Of a stretch of DNA of 38,489 nt, positions 17,628 to 27,600 are shown piece after piece (the first letter of the stretch is position 1; each line of letters opens with the position of its first letter). The notes under the pieces were generated by a model that was not told the DNA's origin, made no database searches, and saw nothing but the letters and a program-made list of their open reading frames with translations. Position numbers and translations under genes: made by a program. This stretch comes from Candidatus Heimdallarchaeota archaeon (GTDB taxonomy: Archaea; Asgardarchaeota; Heimdallarchaeia; Heimdallarchaeales; Heimdallarchaeaceae). The stretch covers positions 1-38,489 of the forward strand of contig JAAFKI010000136.1 in the NCBI GenBank assembly GCA_021399345.1, written 5' to 3'.

Positions 17628-20600
17628 ATGATGCTAAAGAAAAAGAAGGAACTTGTATTTGTACTTCTAGTATTGATGTTAATACCAAACTTAATTTCTT
17701 CAGCTCAAGCAGCAGAAAACGAAGATTTAGTCTACTTAACAGATATAGTGTCTAATGGAGGAATACTTGAATCAGTTCCTTTGATAGATCGAGATGGGAA
17801 TTTACACACATTCCTTCATGTGAAAAATTCTCAAGGAAATAGTTTAGTACATTTGTATTACCTAGATGAAGAGACTCATTTTGAGATTATTGAGGAATTT
17901 GCCATTGGTGTTAAAATTCAATATTCTTATTCATCTGACATCAATATAGGTATTGTGTATTCTGTTGATAATGAACTAGGTGCTAGATATTTCTATCATT
18001 ATACATGGACAGAAGCCAATCAACAAACGAATGAAATTTTCTGGATATCTGGGGAGGATATTAGTGGCCAGTATGTCTCATTCTTCAAATTCCAATTTAT
18101 AGATAGAATCCTTCATGCTTTTCATAATATGTGGGATCATGAGGATATGATATTTATGGACATTCATTACTATCGTGGTTTCTTCACTTACGATTATGAT
18201 GTCTTCAGCATAGACGCTCCTGTATCAGGCGCAACGAATGTTATGGATATAACATTAGATGAAACAGAGCGAATTTGGTATGTTCATAGACTTGATCAGC
18301 AAACATTTGGGATAGGTACGGCCATATTAGATAATAATACAATGTATCCTCAGCAAACAAGAACATTTAGTGAAGTGCTCTATCCAGTTGATAAGATAGA
18401 ATTAAGAGAAAACTCTAATGGACTTTCTTATGTCTTTACGAATCCATCTGTTCTATTCTGGGGTATGATTAATAGTACACATATAACTGAAAATACAATT
18501 ACATCATTTTATGAAAATCCTGTAGATTCCTACTATTTTGATGATGGTTTAAACAGATCTGTGATTGTTGCTGAGTTAGTTGATAATGACTATGTGAACC
18601 TTTACTTCTACAGATATGTGAGTGGCCAATGGACTTTCTCTCCGATAAACTCAATTTATCATATTACCGAAGGATTTTTCTCTGTTTATCTAACGCCAAC
18701 AGATTATGTAGTACTTTACAATATAACCGTTTCTACAGACGATTACAAACCTGGGACTTCATTAAAATATAAAGAAGAAGAAGCTCTAGGATTAATTGTT
18801 CTTACAACTCTCTCTTTGGATTATACAACATATGTTGATGGATTAACTATATACAATCCCATAAAGGAATTTTTCACCAAACAGTGGTATATCTTTCTGA
18901 TGGCTATTGCTGGAGTTGCATTGTTAGGTGTTCTTATTTGGTTGTTTATCAAAAGAAGAGGAGATGAGATTGGATCTATTCTAACCGATGAACAGGTTGG
19001 ACATCATTCTAAAATTGTACTAATTTTAATGAATATTTGGAGAATTATTTCTAATACTTTCAGTACAGTATCTACTATTTGGTTCTCAAATAAGAAAAGA
19101 TCGATTCTAACTTTGGCAGGATTTATTATTACAGGATACTTATTGAGTTCAGCTGTGATTATCGCTCAATCAGAAGAATCTGCCATGATCAAGGCATATG
19201 ATCGTTCATATCCACTTTTCTCGGATAAAACTCCTTCAGCTAGTTTGGAAACTTCTCTACAGTCAAATATAAATGGTACATCAAATGTTTCGGCATCTTA
19301 TGGAACTAATACTGAAAAAGAAATACTAAATCTATATGATGGTCTAGAAATTGAAAAATATATCTCTGGTATTCAATCAAGCTTCTGGACAAATACGATG
19401 GTTTATGCTCCTGGATATTTTACTTATTTGCCCTACCAGTTTGTATCTCTACCTGATACTTGTGATGAGTTTATCAGTACAATGCTAGTGGAAGGGAGAT
19501 CACCAATAAATAATACAGAGGTAGTAATTGCAGAACAACTTGCAAGCAGAATAGAACTTGGTATCAATGGCACATTAAGCTTAATTGCTTCAACAGATAA
19601 TCCTGTTGATGAGGAGAATTACCTACTAAGTATGACTGTTGTAGGAATCTTTTCACAAATAAATTTTGCTCAAGTAAGACGAACAGCTGCTCATCTAGGA
19701 ATACCCTATGATGTATATGTTCTTGCTTCAGAAAATGCCTTTATTATCACTAAACAAAGTATATACTTTGATATATTATCCAAAGGTGGAAAGATGAATC
19801 TCTTTGTAAGGGGATACTTCCAGTTAGAGATGAATTTTGATGAATTCAACGTTGCAGAAAGGAATAATATTGTAATTGAACAAGAAACACTATTAGGAAG
19901 AGTTTATTCATTAACCTACGATAATTCTGCTATAGTCCGTGTAAATGATGAAATATCAGAATTCTTCCAAAGTTTTAATACTTACTATTTGAATAATATG
20001 GCTCGATTATTGATATTTGCAATACCCGCTATACTATTATCAATTTTCATGGTATTTGAATCTTCAGAACTTTTCTCAACGAGTTATGAACAAGAAATGA
20101 AAATTTTAAGAAGTAGGGGAATAAGTACTCGAAGACTTTTCTCGATTTATCTCACGATAAGAATAGTTGAAATTATTGTGGCAAGTCTATTAAGTTTTGC
20201 AATAGCATTAGGGACGGCAATTCCTCTAATTAGAATTAATGGATTTATCAGTTTTACAAATACTGATACACATTTAGTGGTAGGTAATGTTCCATCAATA
20301 CTTGGATTGGTGGCGGGGGTCTTGTTCATAATTTCTATCCCAAGGATAATTATTCTAGTTAGAAGAAAGAAAAAAATTGAAAAAGCACCAGTAGTTAGAA
20401 GAAGTTCTATCAAGAAAATTGACAAACATACAGCTAAAGGAGTAGCTTTAAAAACAATAGCCAAGAGTCAACAAGATGCAGCAAGAAAAGGTGTAAAATC
20501 AGGACCCGACCTTACTGCTCCAGAGGTAGTAGCTGCTTCTGTAATAATTGCCTTCTTTGTTGCAATAGTAAAATACAAATTAATTACCTGGAGAGATGTG

Positions 20601-21992
20601 TTCTTTTTATCACTGGGAATAGGATTACTTATTTACTTTTACAACCAATCTTTCATTTCGTATTATAATGCATCAATTAGTGACTTTACACTGAATCTTT
20701 TCCTTACAATTGCAGGAGCAATTTTTACGCTCTTAGGGTCCTTACCACTTATAATCAAATTCTTAGGACTTATATTAAGAGCTGTGAGTGTTGTAGTTTG
20801 GAAAGCTAAGAAAAGCAGGTTCAACTTCTCAATTGCTGAAATTGGAAAAGATATAAAGTATTTTGAAAATATCACATTAATTTTCTTATTAGTAGTTCTA
20901 ATACTAATTCCTGTACTAGTAGTACCTTATTCAAAAGAAACAACTCTAATAGAACAATCGTATTTTATAAATGGAACAGATGTGCGAATAGAAAATTGGG
21001 CCAGTATAGATGAAATAAGTGCGGAAGATATAGATGAAATAGCACAAGTTGAAGATTATACACACGTGGAGGTACATACCTTATATACAGGAATGTTTGA
21101 ACATACGAGACTAGTGGTTGTTAATACGACGTCGTTTTTAGAAACGGTAGAGAAACCTGCAGATCGAGTATCAAACATTCAATGGAATAGAATAAGACAA
21201 CTTGATGCAAACACGACAATTATCTCAGAGGCAATGTTAGAAGACTTCTATAAAGAGATAGGAGATAAATATGAATTTGCTAATCCTGATGTGCCCTGGT
21301 TAAGGCACTCTCTAACAATCACAGGAAGTTTTGATCTGTTTCCAATGTATTATTTTGAAGGAGATTACGAAGAAGATGAATATATGATGATAATATCAAT
21401 AGAAGCTTATGAGGTATTAGAGGATGTACTAGTGAGACGATTAAAAACAAGCGATGAAATGTACATAAAAACACACAACCGTAAAGATGCGCAATCAGTA
21501 GTAGACAAGCTGTTCGAAAAAGAACAGGATATGAAAGTGAAAACGGTTGAAGATGTGAAAGATAGTCTAAAAACACCATTGTATAATATATTTATCATAG
21601 AAATGATCTTGTCGCTATTTGTAGCTCTAATAGTACTAATGTTCTCAACATTTACAACGGCGATAAAGATACTAGAAAAGCGTGTAATAAAACATGACAT
21701 AATGAAGAAAATGGGGATAAACCCAACGAAAATAATAAACATGTCAGCTATACAAACGACGGTAGCAGCGATAATACCAGCACTAGTTCTGGGAGCAGCG
21801 GGGGGAATAGGCGTGATATATCCAACACTGAAACAGCTGAACTATGGAACTGAACAGTTCTCACTATATGTGAATTATCCAGTATTTATGTTAATAGCAA
21901 TATTTCTAGGAATACCAGCGCTGATATACTTAAGCTTGACATACTTCCTAAAAAGGGAATTTGCAAAATATTCTCCAACAATGATGGAATGA
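17628..21992 (+). CDS. Large FtsX/MacB-like ABC transporter permease with extra N-terminal extracellular domain
   Basis: Signal peptide, ~390-aa beta-rich ectodomain and a TM, then two FtsX-like halves (LVEGRSP..EVVI; EMKILRSRGIS; KRV..HDIMKKMGI). Confidence 0.88.
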   Translation: MMLKKKKELVFVLLVLMLIPNLISSAQAAENEDLVYLTDIVSNGGILESVPLIDRDGNLHTFLHVKNSQGNSLVHLYYLDEETHFEIIEEFAIGVKIQYSYSSDINIGIVYSVDNELGARYFYHYTWTEANQQTNEIFWISGEDISGQYVSFFKFQFIDRILHAFHNMWDHEDMIFMDIHYYRGFFTYDYDVFSIDAPVSGATNVMDITLDETERIWYVHRLDQQTFGIGTAILDNNTMYPQQTRTFSEVLYPVDKIELRENSNGLSYVFTNPSVLFWGMINSTHITENTITSFYENPVDSYYFDDGLNRSVIVAELVDNDYVNLYFYRYVSGQWTFSPINSIYHITEGFFSVYLTPTDYVVLYNITVSTDDYKPGTSLKYKEEEALGLIVLTTLSLDYTTYVDGLTIYNPIKEFFTKQWYIFLMAIAGVALLGVLIWLFIKRRGDEIGSILTDEQVGHHSKIVLILMNIWRIISNTFSTVSTIWFSNKKRSILTLAGFIITGYLLSSAVIIAQSEESAMIKAYDRSYPLFSDKTPSASLETSLQSNINGTSNVSASYGTNTEKEILNLYDGLEIEKYISGIQSSFWTNTMVYAPGYFTYLPYQFVSLPDTCDEFISTMLVEGRSPINNTEVVIAEQLASRIELGINGTLSLIASTDNPVDEENYLLSMTVVGIFSQINFAQVRRTAAHLGIPYDVYVLASENAFIITKQSIYFDILSKGGKMNLFVRGYFQLEMNFDEFNVAERNNIVIEQETLLGRVYSLTYDNSAIVRVNDEISEFFQSFNTYYLNNMARLLIFAIPAILLSIFMVFESSELFSTSYEQEMKILRSRGISTRRLFSIYLTIRIVEIIVASLLSFAIALGTAIPLIRINGFISFTNTDTHLVVGNVPSILGLVAGVLFIISIPRIIILVRRKKKIEKAPVVRRSSIKKIDKHTAKGVALKTIAKSQQDAARKGVKSGPDLTAPEVVAASVIIAFFVAIVKYKLITWRDVFFLSLGIGLLIYFYNQSFISYYNASISDFTLNLFLTIAGAIFTLLGSLPLIIKFLGLILRAVSVVVWKAKKSRFNFSIAEIGKDIKYFENITLIFLLVVLILIPVLVVPYSKETTLIEQSYFINGTDVRIENWASIDEISAEDIDEIAQVEDYTHVEVHTLYTGMFEHTRLVVVNTTSFLETVEKPADRVSNIQWNRIRQLDANTTIISEAMLEDFYKEIGDKYEFANPDVPWLRHSLTITGSFDLFPMYYFEGDYEEDEYMMIISIEAYEVLEDVLVRRLKTSDEMYIKTHNRKDAQSVVDKLFEKEQDMKVKTVEDVKDSLKTPLYNIFIIEMILSLFVALIVLMFSTFTTAIKILEKRVIKHDIMKKMGINPTKIINMSAIQTTVAAIIPALVLGAAGGIGVIYPTLKQLNYGTEQFSLYVNYPVFMLIAIFLGIPALIYLSLTYFLKREFAKYSPTMME

Positions 21993-21999
21993 AGAAGAG

Positions 22000-23760
22000 A
22001 TGATAATAACAAAAGACCTAATTAAAGTGTACCACGATCCCTTGACAGAAGTAAAGGTTTCAGCATTGAGAGGGTTAGACCTCTATGTGAAGGAGGGAGA
22101 AGTGGCTAGTATCATCGGTCCTTCAGGTTCAGGAAAATCTACACTGATTAAGATTCTTTCAGGACTAGACAAACCCAGTGGAGGTACAATATATGTCGAT
22201 GAAATCAACATAGCAGAACTGGGTGAAAAACAGATGAGAGAGTTTAGGTACGGAAGAATGGGGATAGTAAACCAGTTCATAGGACAAAATCTACTTTCAT
22301 CATTGACACTAGAGAAAAATATCTTGCTACCAATGAAAATGAGATATGTAGCAAGAGAGAAAGCAAAGAAAGAGACAAATGAACTAATAAAAATGCTAAA
22401 TCTAGAAAAAATAAGAATGAATCCAGTAACAAAAGTTTCGGGGGGAGAAGCAGTGAGAGCAAGCATAGGTGTTGCAATAGCGAAAAAGCCCAGAATTTTG
22501 CTGGCAGATGAGCCAACTGGACAATTGGACACAGCTAACACAAATGATGTCGTAGAAACATTCAGAGATTTAAATGAGAATTATGGGACAACTATTTTGG
22601 TCGTGACCCACGATCTAAGATTCCGAAATGCTTTCAAGAAAAGCTACATCATACGAGACGGACGTCTTGTAGGAATGAACACTGATTTGGATAGAAGTGA
22701 ATTGGAGTTCATCATACGTCCACAAGAATCATCGCTTCAATCTATAATTGATAGTTCTCAGTTTGTTCGTGTTCCAGATGAAGTATATGTCAGTGGAAAC
22801 TACAAACATATAGTAGAATTTGACATTCATCCATCGAAGAAATTTTCCGTCATCTATAATCCTAATGAAGTTAATGCTGACGAAATTTATGAACTAATGA
22901 AGAAAACAGATGAAGATCAAGTTAATGAACTTATTAATGCAAATAATAAGCGTTCTCGTGTTTCTTTCAGTGAAGTTAAACCAATTCTAGAACAACAATT
23001 TGACTATCCCAAGAAGTCAGAGGAGATTATCGGAGTAGAAAATCTTAGCAAATCCTTTCCTGCTGGAAGAATGAAGAATGATGTTTTGAAAGATTTATCA
23101 TTCACTGTTAACAAAGGAGATTTCGTTGTTATCTCTGGGAAATCAGGTGCTGGCAAAACCACATTAATGAATGTAGTTTCTGGTGTCGAAGATCCAGATG
23201 ATGGTAACATTTTGATTAAAGATTTTGATATAGTAAAGGGTAATCTAAAAGATATAGCTGATTTCAGATTTCATGAAATTGCAATGATTAGTCAGGTCAA
23301 CAATCTATTTGATCAATATACAGTTAATGAAAATATGTTTATTCCAAGACTCTTCAATGATAGAACTGATGATCTTAACGAGGGCATTATGGACATTGCT
23401 AGAGATGTCGAGATTGATCATAAGATTACTTCTTATGCAGCAGAGTTATCGGCAGGAGAAAGACAAAGGGCAGCTTTATCAGTTGCTTTAGCAAGAAGAG
23501 CTCCTATAATTTTTGCTGATGAACCAAGTGCAAATCTTGACTCAAGACTAGCGCGAAATATCATTTCATTGCTTATGGAAACAGCTGTTAAATATGGAAC
23601 AACCATACTAATGTCTACACATGATTTGTCTTTAATTCGTCCAGGTTTTAGACTGATTCGACTTCAAGATGGTAAAATAATTGATGATTTAAGAGTTACT
23701 CCAGATAAACTAAGAGGAATTATTGAAGATTACTTAGGTGTTGAAATTGAAGATAACTGA
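22000..23760 (+). CDS. ABC transporter ATP-binding protein with two LolD/MacB-type nucleotide-binding domains
   Basis: NBD1: GPSGSGKST, VSGGE, LLADEPTG, VTHD. NBD2: GKSGAGKTT, LSAGE, IFADEPSA, STHD. Starts 7 bp after the permease stop. Confidence 0.93.
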   Translation: MIITKDLIKVYHDPLTEVKVSALRGLDLYVKEGEVASIIGPSGSGKSTLIKILSGLDKPSGGTIYVDEINIAELGEKQMREFRYGRMGIVNQFIGQNLLSSLTLEKNILLPMKMRYVAREKAKKETNELIKMLNLEKIRMNPVTKVSGGEAVRASIGVAIAKKPRILLADEPTGQLDTANTNDVVETFRDLNENYGTTILVVTHDLRFRNAFKKSYIIRDGRLVGMNTDLDRSELEFIIRPQESSLQSIIDSSQFVRVPDEVYVSGNYKHIVEFDIHPSKKFSVIYNPNEVNADEIYELMKKTDEDQVNELINANNKRSRVSFSEVKPILEQQFDYPKKSEEIIGVENLSKSFPAGRMKNDVLKDLSFTVNKGDFVVISGKSGAGKTTLMNVVSGVEDPDDGNILIKDFDIVKGNLKDIADFRFHEIAMISQVNNLFDQYTVNENMFIPRLFNDRTDDLNEGIMDIARDVEIDHKITSYAAELSAGERQRAALSVALARRAPIIFADEPSANLDSRLARNIISLLMETAVKYGTTILMSTHDLSLIRPGFRLIRLQDGKIIDDLRVTPDKLRGIIEDYLGVEIEDN

Positions 23761-23847
23761 TATCTTCAATTTTTATCCTTTTTCATTTGCAGTTTGAAAT
23801 ATATTGTAAATCAAAAGAGAAAATATTACAGAATGAAACAGCTGATT

Positions 23848-24594
23848 TCACTTAATTTTTATGTCCGCAATAGAATCTACTATAACATCAGCATGTTCTA
23901 AATCTTTAGTTTCAGCTATACCTGAAAGAACACCAATGCAAGCCAAAGCTCCAGCATTCCTACCCATAAGTAAATCTCGATCATCATCTCCAACAACAAT
24001 GGATTTGCTAATATCTACATCAAGAACCTTACAACCATATTGGAGCATGTCGGGAGCTGGTTTAGCTTGATAAGGGGAATCAATATCCAAACCAAGAACA
24101 AGGTCAAAATAATCAAAAAGACCTGCACTAGCTAATTGTTGAGCTGCTGGTTCTGAACTGTCATGAGTAGATAACATCAGTTTAATATTTTTACTTCTTA
24201 ATGAATCCAAAAGAGTACTAGCTCCTTCAAAAGCTTCAACATATTCTGTAAAATCGATCAAATGATCAACCTCATCAAAAAGTTCAGCAATATCTTCTAT
24301 AGAGGAATTAATAGAAAATGTTCGGAGATATTCTCTAGTTCTGCGGATAATTTCAACACGCTCAATGTGGATAGGTCCTTTATGGTCTATTTCATGAGTC
24401 TCAGGATTAAGTCCCATTAGAGCAAGTAGCTCTTTATAATTCGCTTGTTTCAATCCATATTTCTCTAGAAGTAATTCAGCTCTTTTCTTCATAACAGGTT
24501 TATACATGTTGAGAGTAAGTACTGTACCATCTTTATCAAAGCAGCAGATTTCTACATCGTCAAACTTCTTATTTCCACAGATTATGGTGACCAT
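23848..24594 (-). CDS. HAD-superfamily hydrolase (phosphoglycolate phosphatase-like)
   Basis: Motif I FDKDGTV, motif III KPAPD, motif IV VGDDDRDLLMGRNAG. Confidence 0.9.
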   Translation of the reverse strand: MVTIICGNKKFDDVEICCFDKDGTVLTLNMYKPVMKKRAELLLEKYGLKQANYKELLALMGLNPETHEIDHKGPIHIERVEIIRRTREYLRTFSINSSIEDIAELFDEVDHLIDFTEYVEAFEGASTLLDSLRSKNIKLMLSTHDSSEPAAQQLASAGLFDYFDLVLGLDIDSPYQAKPAPDMLQYGCKVLDVDISKSIVVGDDDRDLLMGRNAGALACIGVLSGIAETKDLEHADVIVDSIADIKIK

Positions 24595-24680
24595 ATGAGT
24601 GAAGAAATCAATATGTGCTTAATAACTTTACGTAATTAAGCTAATTAAATAAGAGAATGAAAATCCTCGAAAAAGAAAGG

Positions 24681-27600
24681 TTACAAAATATTGAGTTTAG
24701 TAAGCTTCTTTCGCAGGATTAACATAGCTTTCCTACTTCTATCTAACCAAATAACTCCTCGTTCAATTTCGTTTCTGAGATCTTTAGAAAGATCAATATC
24801 TCCAGTGGGAACATTGGTGTAAAGAACAAGACGATCATGGGTCTCGATAATATCACGAATATATCTGACCATGGATTTATGAAAACGTTTCAAGCGTCGA
24901 AGATTGGTAGTTGTATTAGATTCTAAATCAACAACAATAGAAGTGAGTCTGTTGGTTCGATATTTGTATCTGCGCAAATCTCTCTTGAGAGTGGTAAGGA
25001 AAACAAAGAAATTATCAAAACCAAGTAATTCAGCTTTAAGTTGGAAATCAATAGCAGGAAAACCAGATATATTAGAGGCAATCCAGTCATCAAAGGAACT
25101 GTAACCATTGGAAATAGCATTATTCCATTGTTCTTTGGTTGAAAAACCATGTTCTTGAGCGAAGTGATAATCGTAACCGTGGGAGAAACCAAAATCAGTA
25201 GCTATCATATGTTCTTTATGAGTGAAGTAACCTAGCTTACGTGCAAAGTAATATTTTTTCAATATACGCCAAATAAGAACACAGGAATAACAAATACCGG
25301 CCCAAAGAGGAAGTAAAATCAAACAGCAAAGAAGATACCAGTTATCCCATTTGTTAGGATGCTTACCTAAACCAAATTCACGAATGTTGGCAATACCATC
25401 TCTATCAGGATCTTCATAAGCGTCAGCAACAAGGGGATTGGTGCCGTGTTCAACTTCCCAACCATCAGTTAAAGTGTCTTTGTCAGTGTCAGCTTTGAGG
25501 GGGCGGGTGTGATAAACCTTAGTTTCCATATAATCAGATAAGCCGTCTTCGTCTGTGTCGACTTTGTGGGGGTCAGTCTTATATACATATTCCATAGTGT
25601 TTCTGAGATAGTCTTTATCTTCATCTTGATCACCTTCGGCAACAAGGGGATTAAGGAAATTTTCTATTTCATAGCCATCAGGAAGCGTATCATGATCAGT
25701 ATCATACCATTTAGGATGAGTCCCTTGTTTATATTCTGATATATTCTTGAGACCATCTCCATCAGGATCAGAATAAGTATTGCTATAGTTAGGATTAAGC
25801 GAATAAGCAACTTCCCAAGAATCGGGCAACCCATCTTCGTCGGAATCTGAAGAAAATGGGTTGGTATTGTGTTGATATTCAACTAGATTAATTAAAGTAT
25901 CATTATCATAATCATAGAAAGAATCATTAAGAAGAGGATTTAAGCCCATATCTACTTCGAATCCATCTGACATAAAATCTGAATCTGAATCTTTGCTAAG
26001 AGGGTTAGTGCTATGCACTTTAACCTCATCTCCATCAAGTAGAGTATCATGATCAGAATCTTCACAGGAGGGGTCTGTGTTATACAAATATTCTTCTATG
26101 TTTGTCAAACCATCAAAATCTTTGTCCTTTTGTGAATCATCATCGAATGGATTCAAGTTATTTTCAATTTCATAAAGATCATCCATGAGATCAGAATCTG
26201 TGTCGTTGGAATGGGGGTTGGTTCCATAAACATATTCATCGAAATTGTTCAATCCGTCAGAATCAAAATCTTCCATACTATCATTCACGAAAGGATCTAA
26301 ATTGTTTTGAACTTCCCACCAATCTAAGATCAAATCTTGGTCAGTGTCTTCTAAAACAGGATTCGTACCATAGATTATAATCTCTTCCGCATCAGATAGA
26401 TTATCAAAATCACTGTCTGCCAATAGAGGGTTTGTTGGATAAATATACACTTCATCATAATCTGATAAAGTGTCAAAATCTGTGTCGTTATTCTGAGGGT
26501 TGGTTTTATATGTATATTCTTCAAAATTTGTAAGCATATCGGCGTCTGGATCTTCCATAGAATCGTTATTCAATGGGTCAAGAAAATTACAGATTTCCCA
26601 GTAATCATCAATTAGATCAGAATCAGTGTCTGAGCAGTTGGGATGAGTATTATGTACAAATTCGGTTAGATTAGTTAGTTTATCATTGTCTATGTCTTCA
26701 TATGAATCATATCTCAACGGGTTAAGGTTATATTTAATTTCCCACCAATCATTGATGAAATCATTATCTGAATCAGCCTTTCTAGGGTTAGTATTATAAA
26801 TAAACAACTCATCCCAATCTGATAACTTATCTGAATCTGTATCGTTGGTAGTAGGGCTAGTTTTGTAGATATTTACTTCATCGTAATCGCTTATTTGATC
26901 TTCATCTGTATCATTGGATTTACAGTTTGTGTGATGAACATATACTTCCATTCCGTCAGGTATATTGTCACTATCTGTATCTGGTGATGTAGCAGATGTC
27001 CCTAAAACTAATTCACTTGTATCGTCTAGATAGTCTCCATCGCTGTCTATTGTTCGAGTCCTGGCAGGACCACCATTATAAGCCAATATTCTTTGCATCC
27101 CATTAACAGGTATTCCAAAAATTTCCCAACAGTAGAGATAATCATTTTCACATATAGCTAGTAACTCGATTTTATTATTGCCATCTAAATCTGTAACTAG
27201 AACAGATGATCTGATTGTTGAATGAAAATTATAGGTTAGTAACTCTAAACCAAATTCGCTAATTATTTTTAATTGATTGTTCTTTGTGACAACAAGTATT
27301 TCTAATGACCCATCATTGTTTAAATCAACTGCAATAGGAGTACCTATCAGTGTTTCTTTAACATTTAATCCAAATTTCTTTATTCCTAAATTTGTGAAAT
27401 GGTAAACCATCCCTGAATCTGAACATAGAATTATGTCCATGCTTCCATCAGAGTTTACATCAGCTATTATTGGGTTATCATAAATTCCATAGTTGAGTGC
27501 TTGACTCCATAGAAGAGTTCCTACTGAGCTAAGACAATAGATGTTAGAATCTGAGGTAGTTACAATTTCTAATGTATCTGAAACGTAATCAAAATTAGCT

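Noticed and set aside
25377-27047. Periodic DNA similarity suggesting a CRISPR array or DGR template/variable repeats
   Set aside because: The repeats are degenerate, in frame and explained by protein repeats. There are no identical direct repeats with spacers, and no cas or reverse transcriptase gene in the window.
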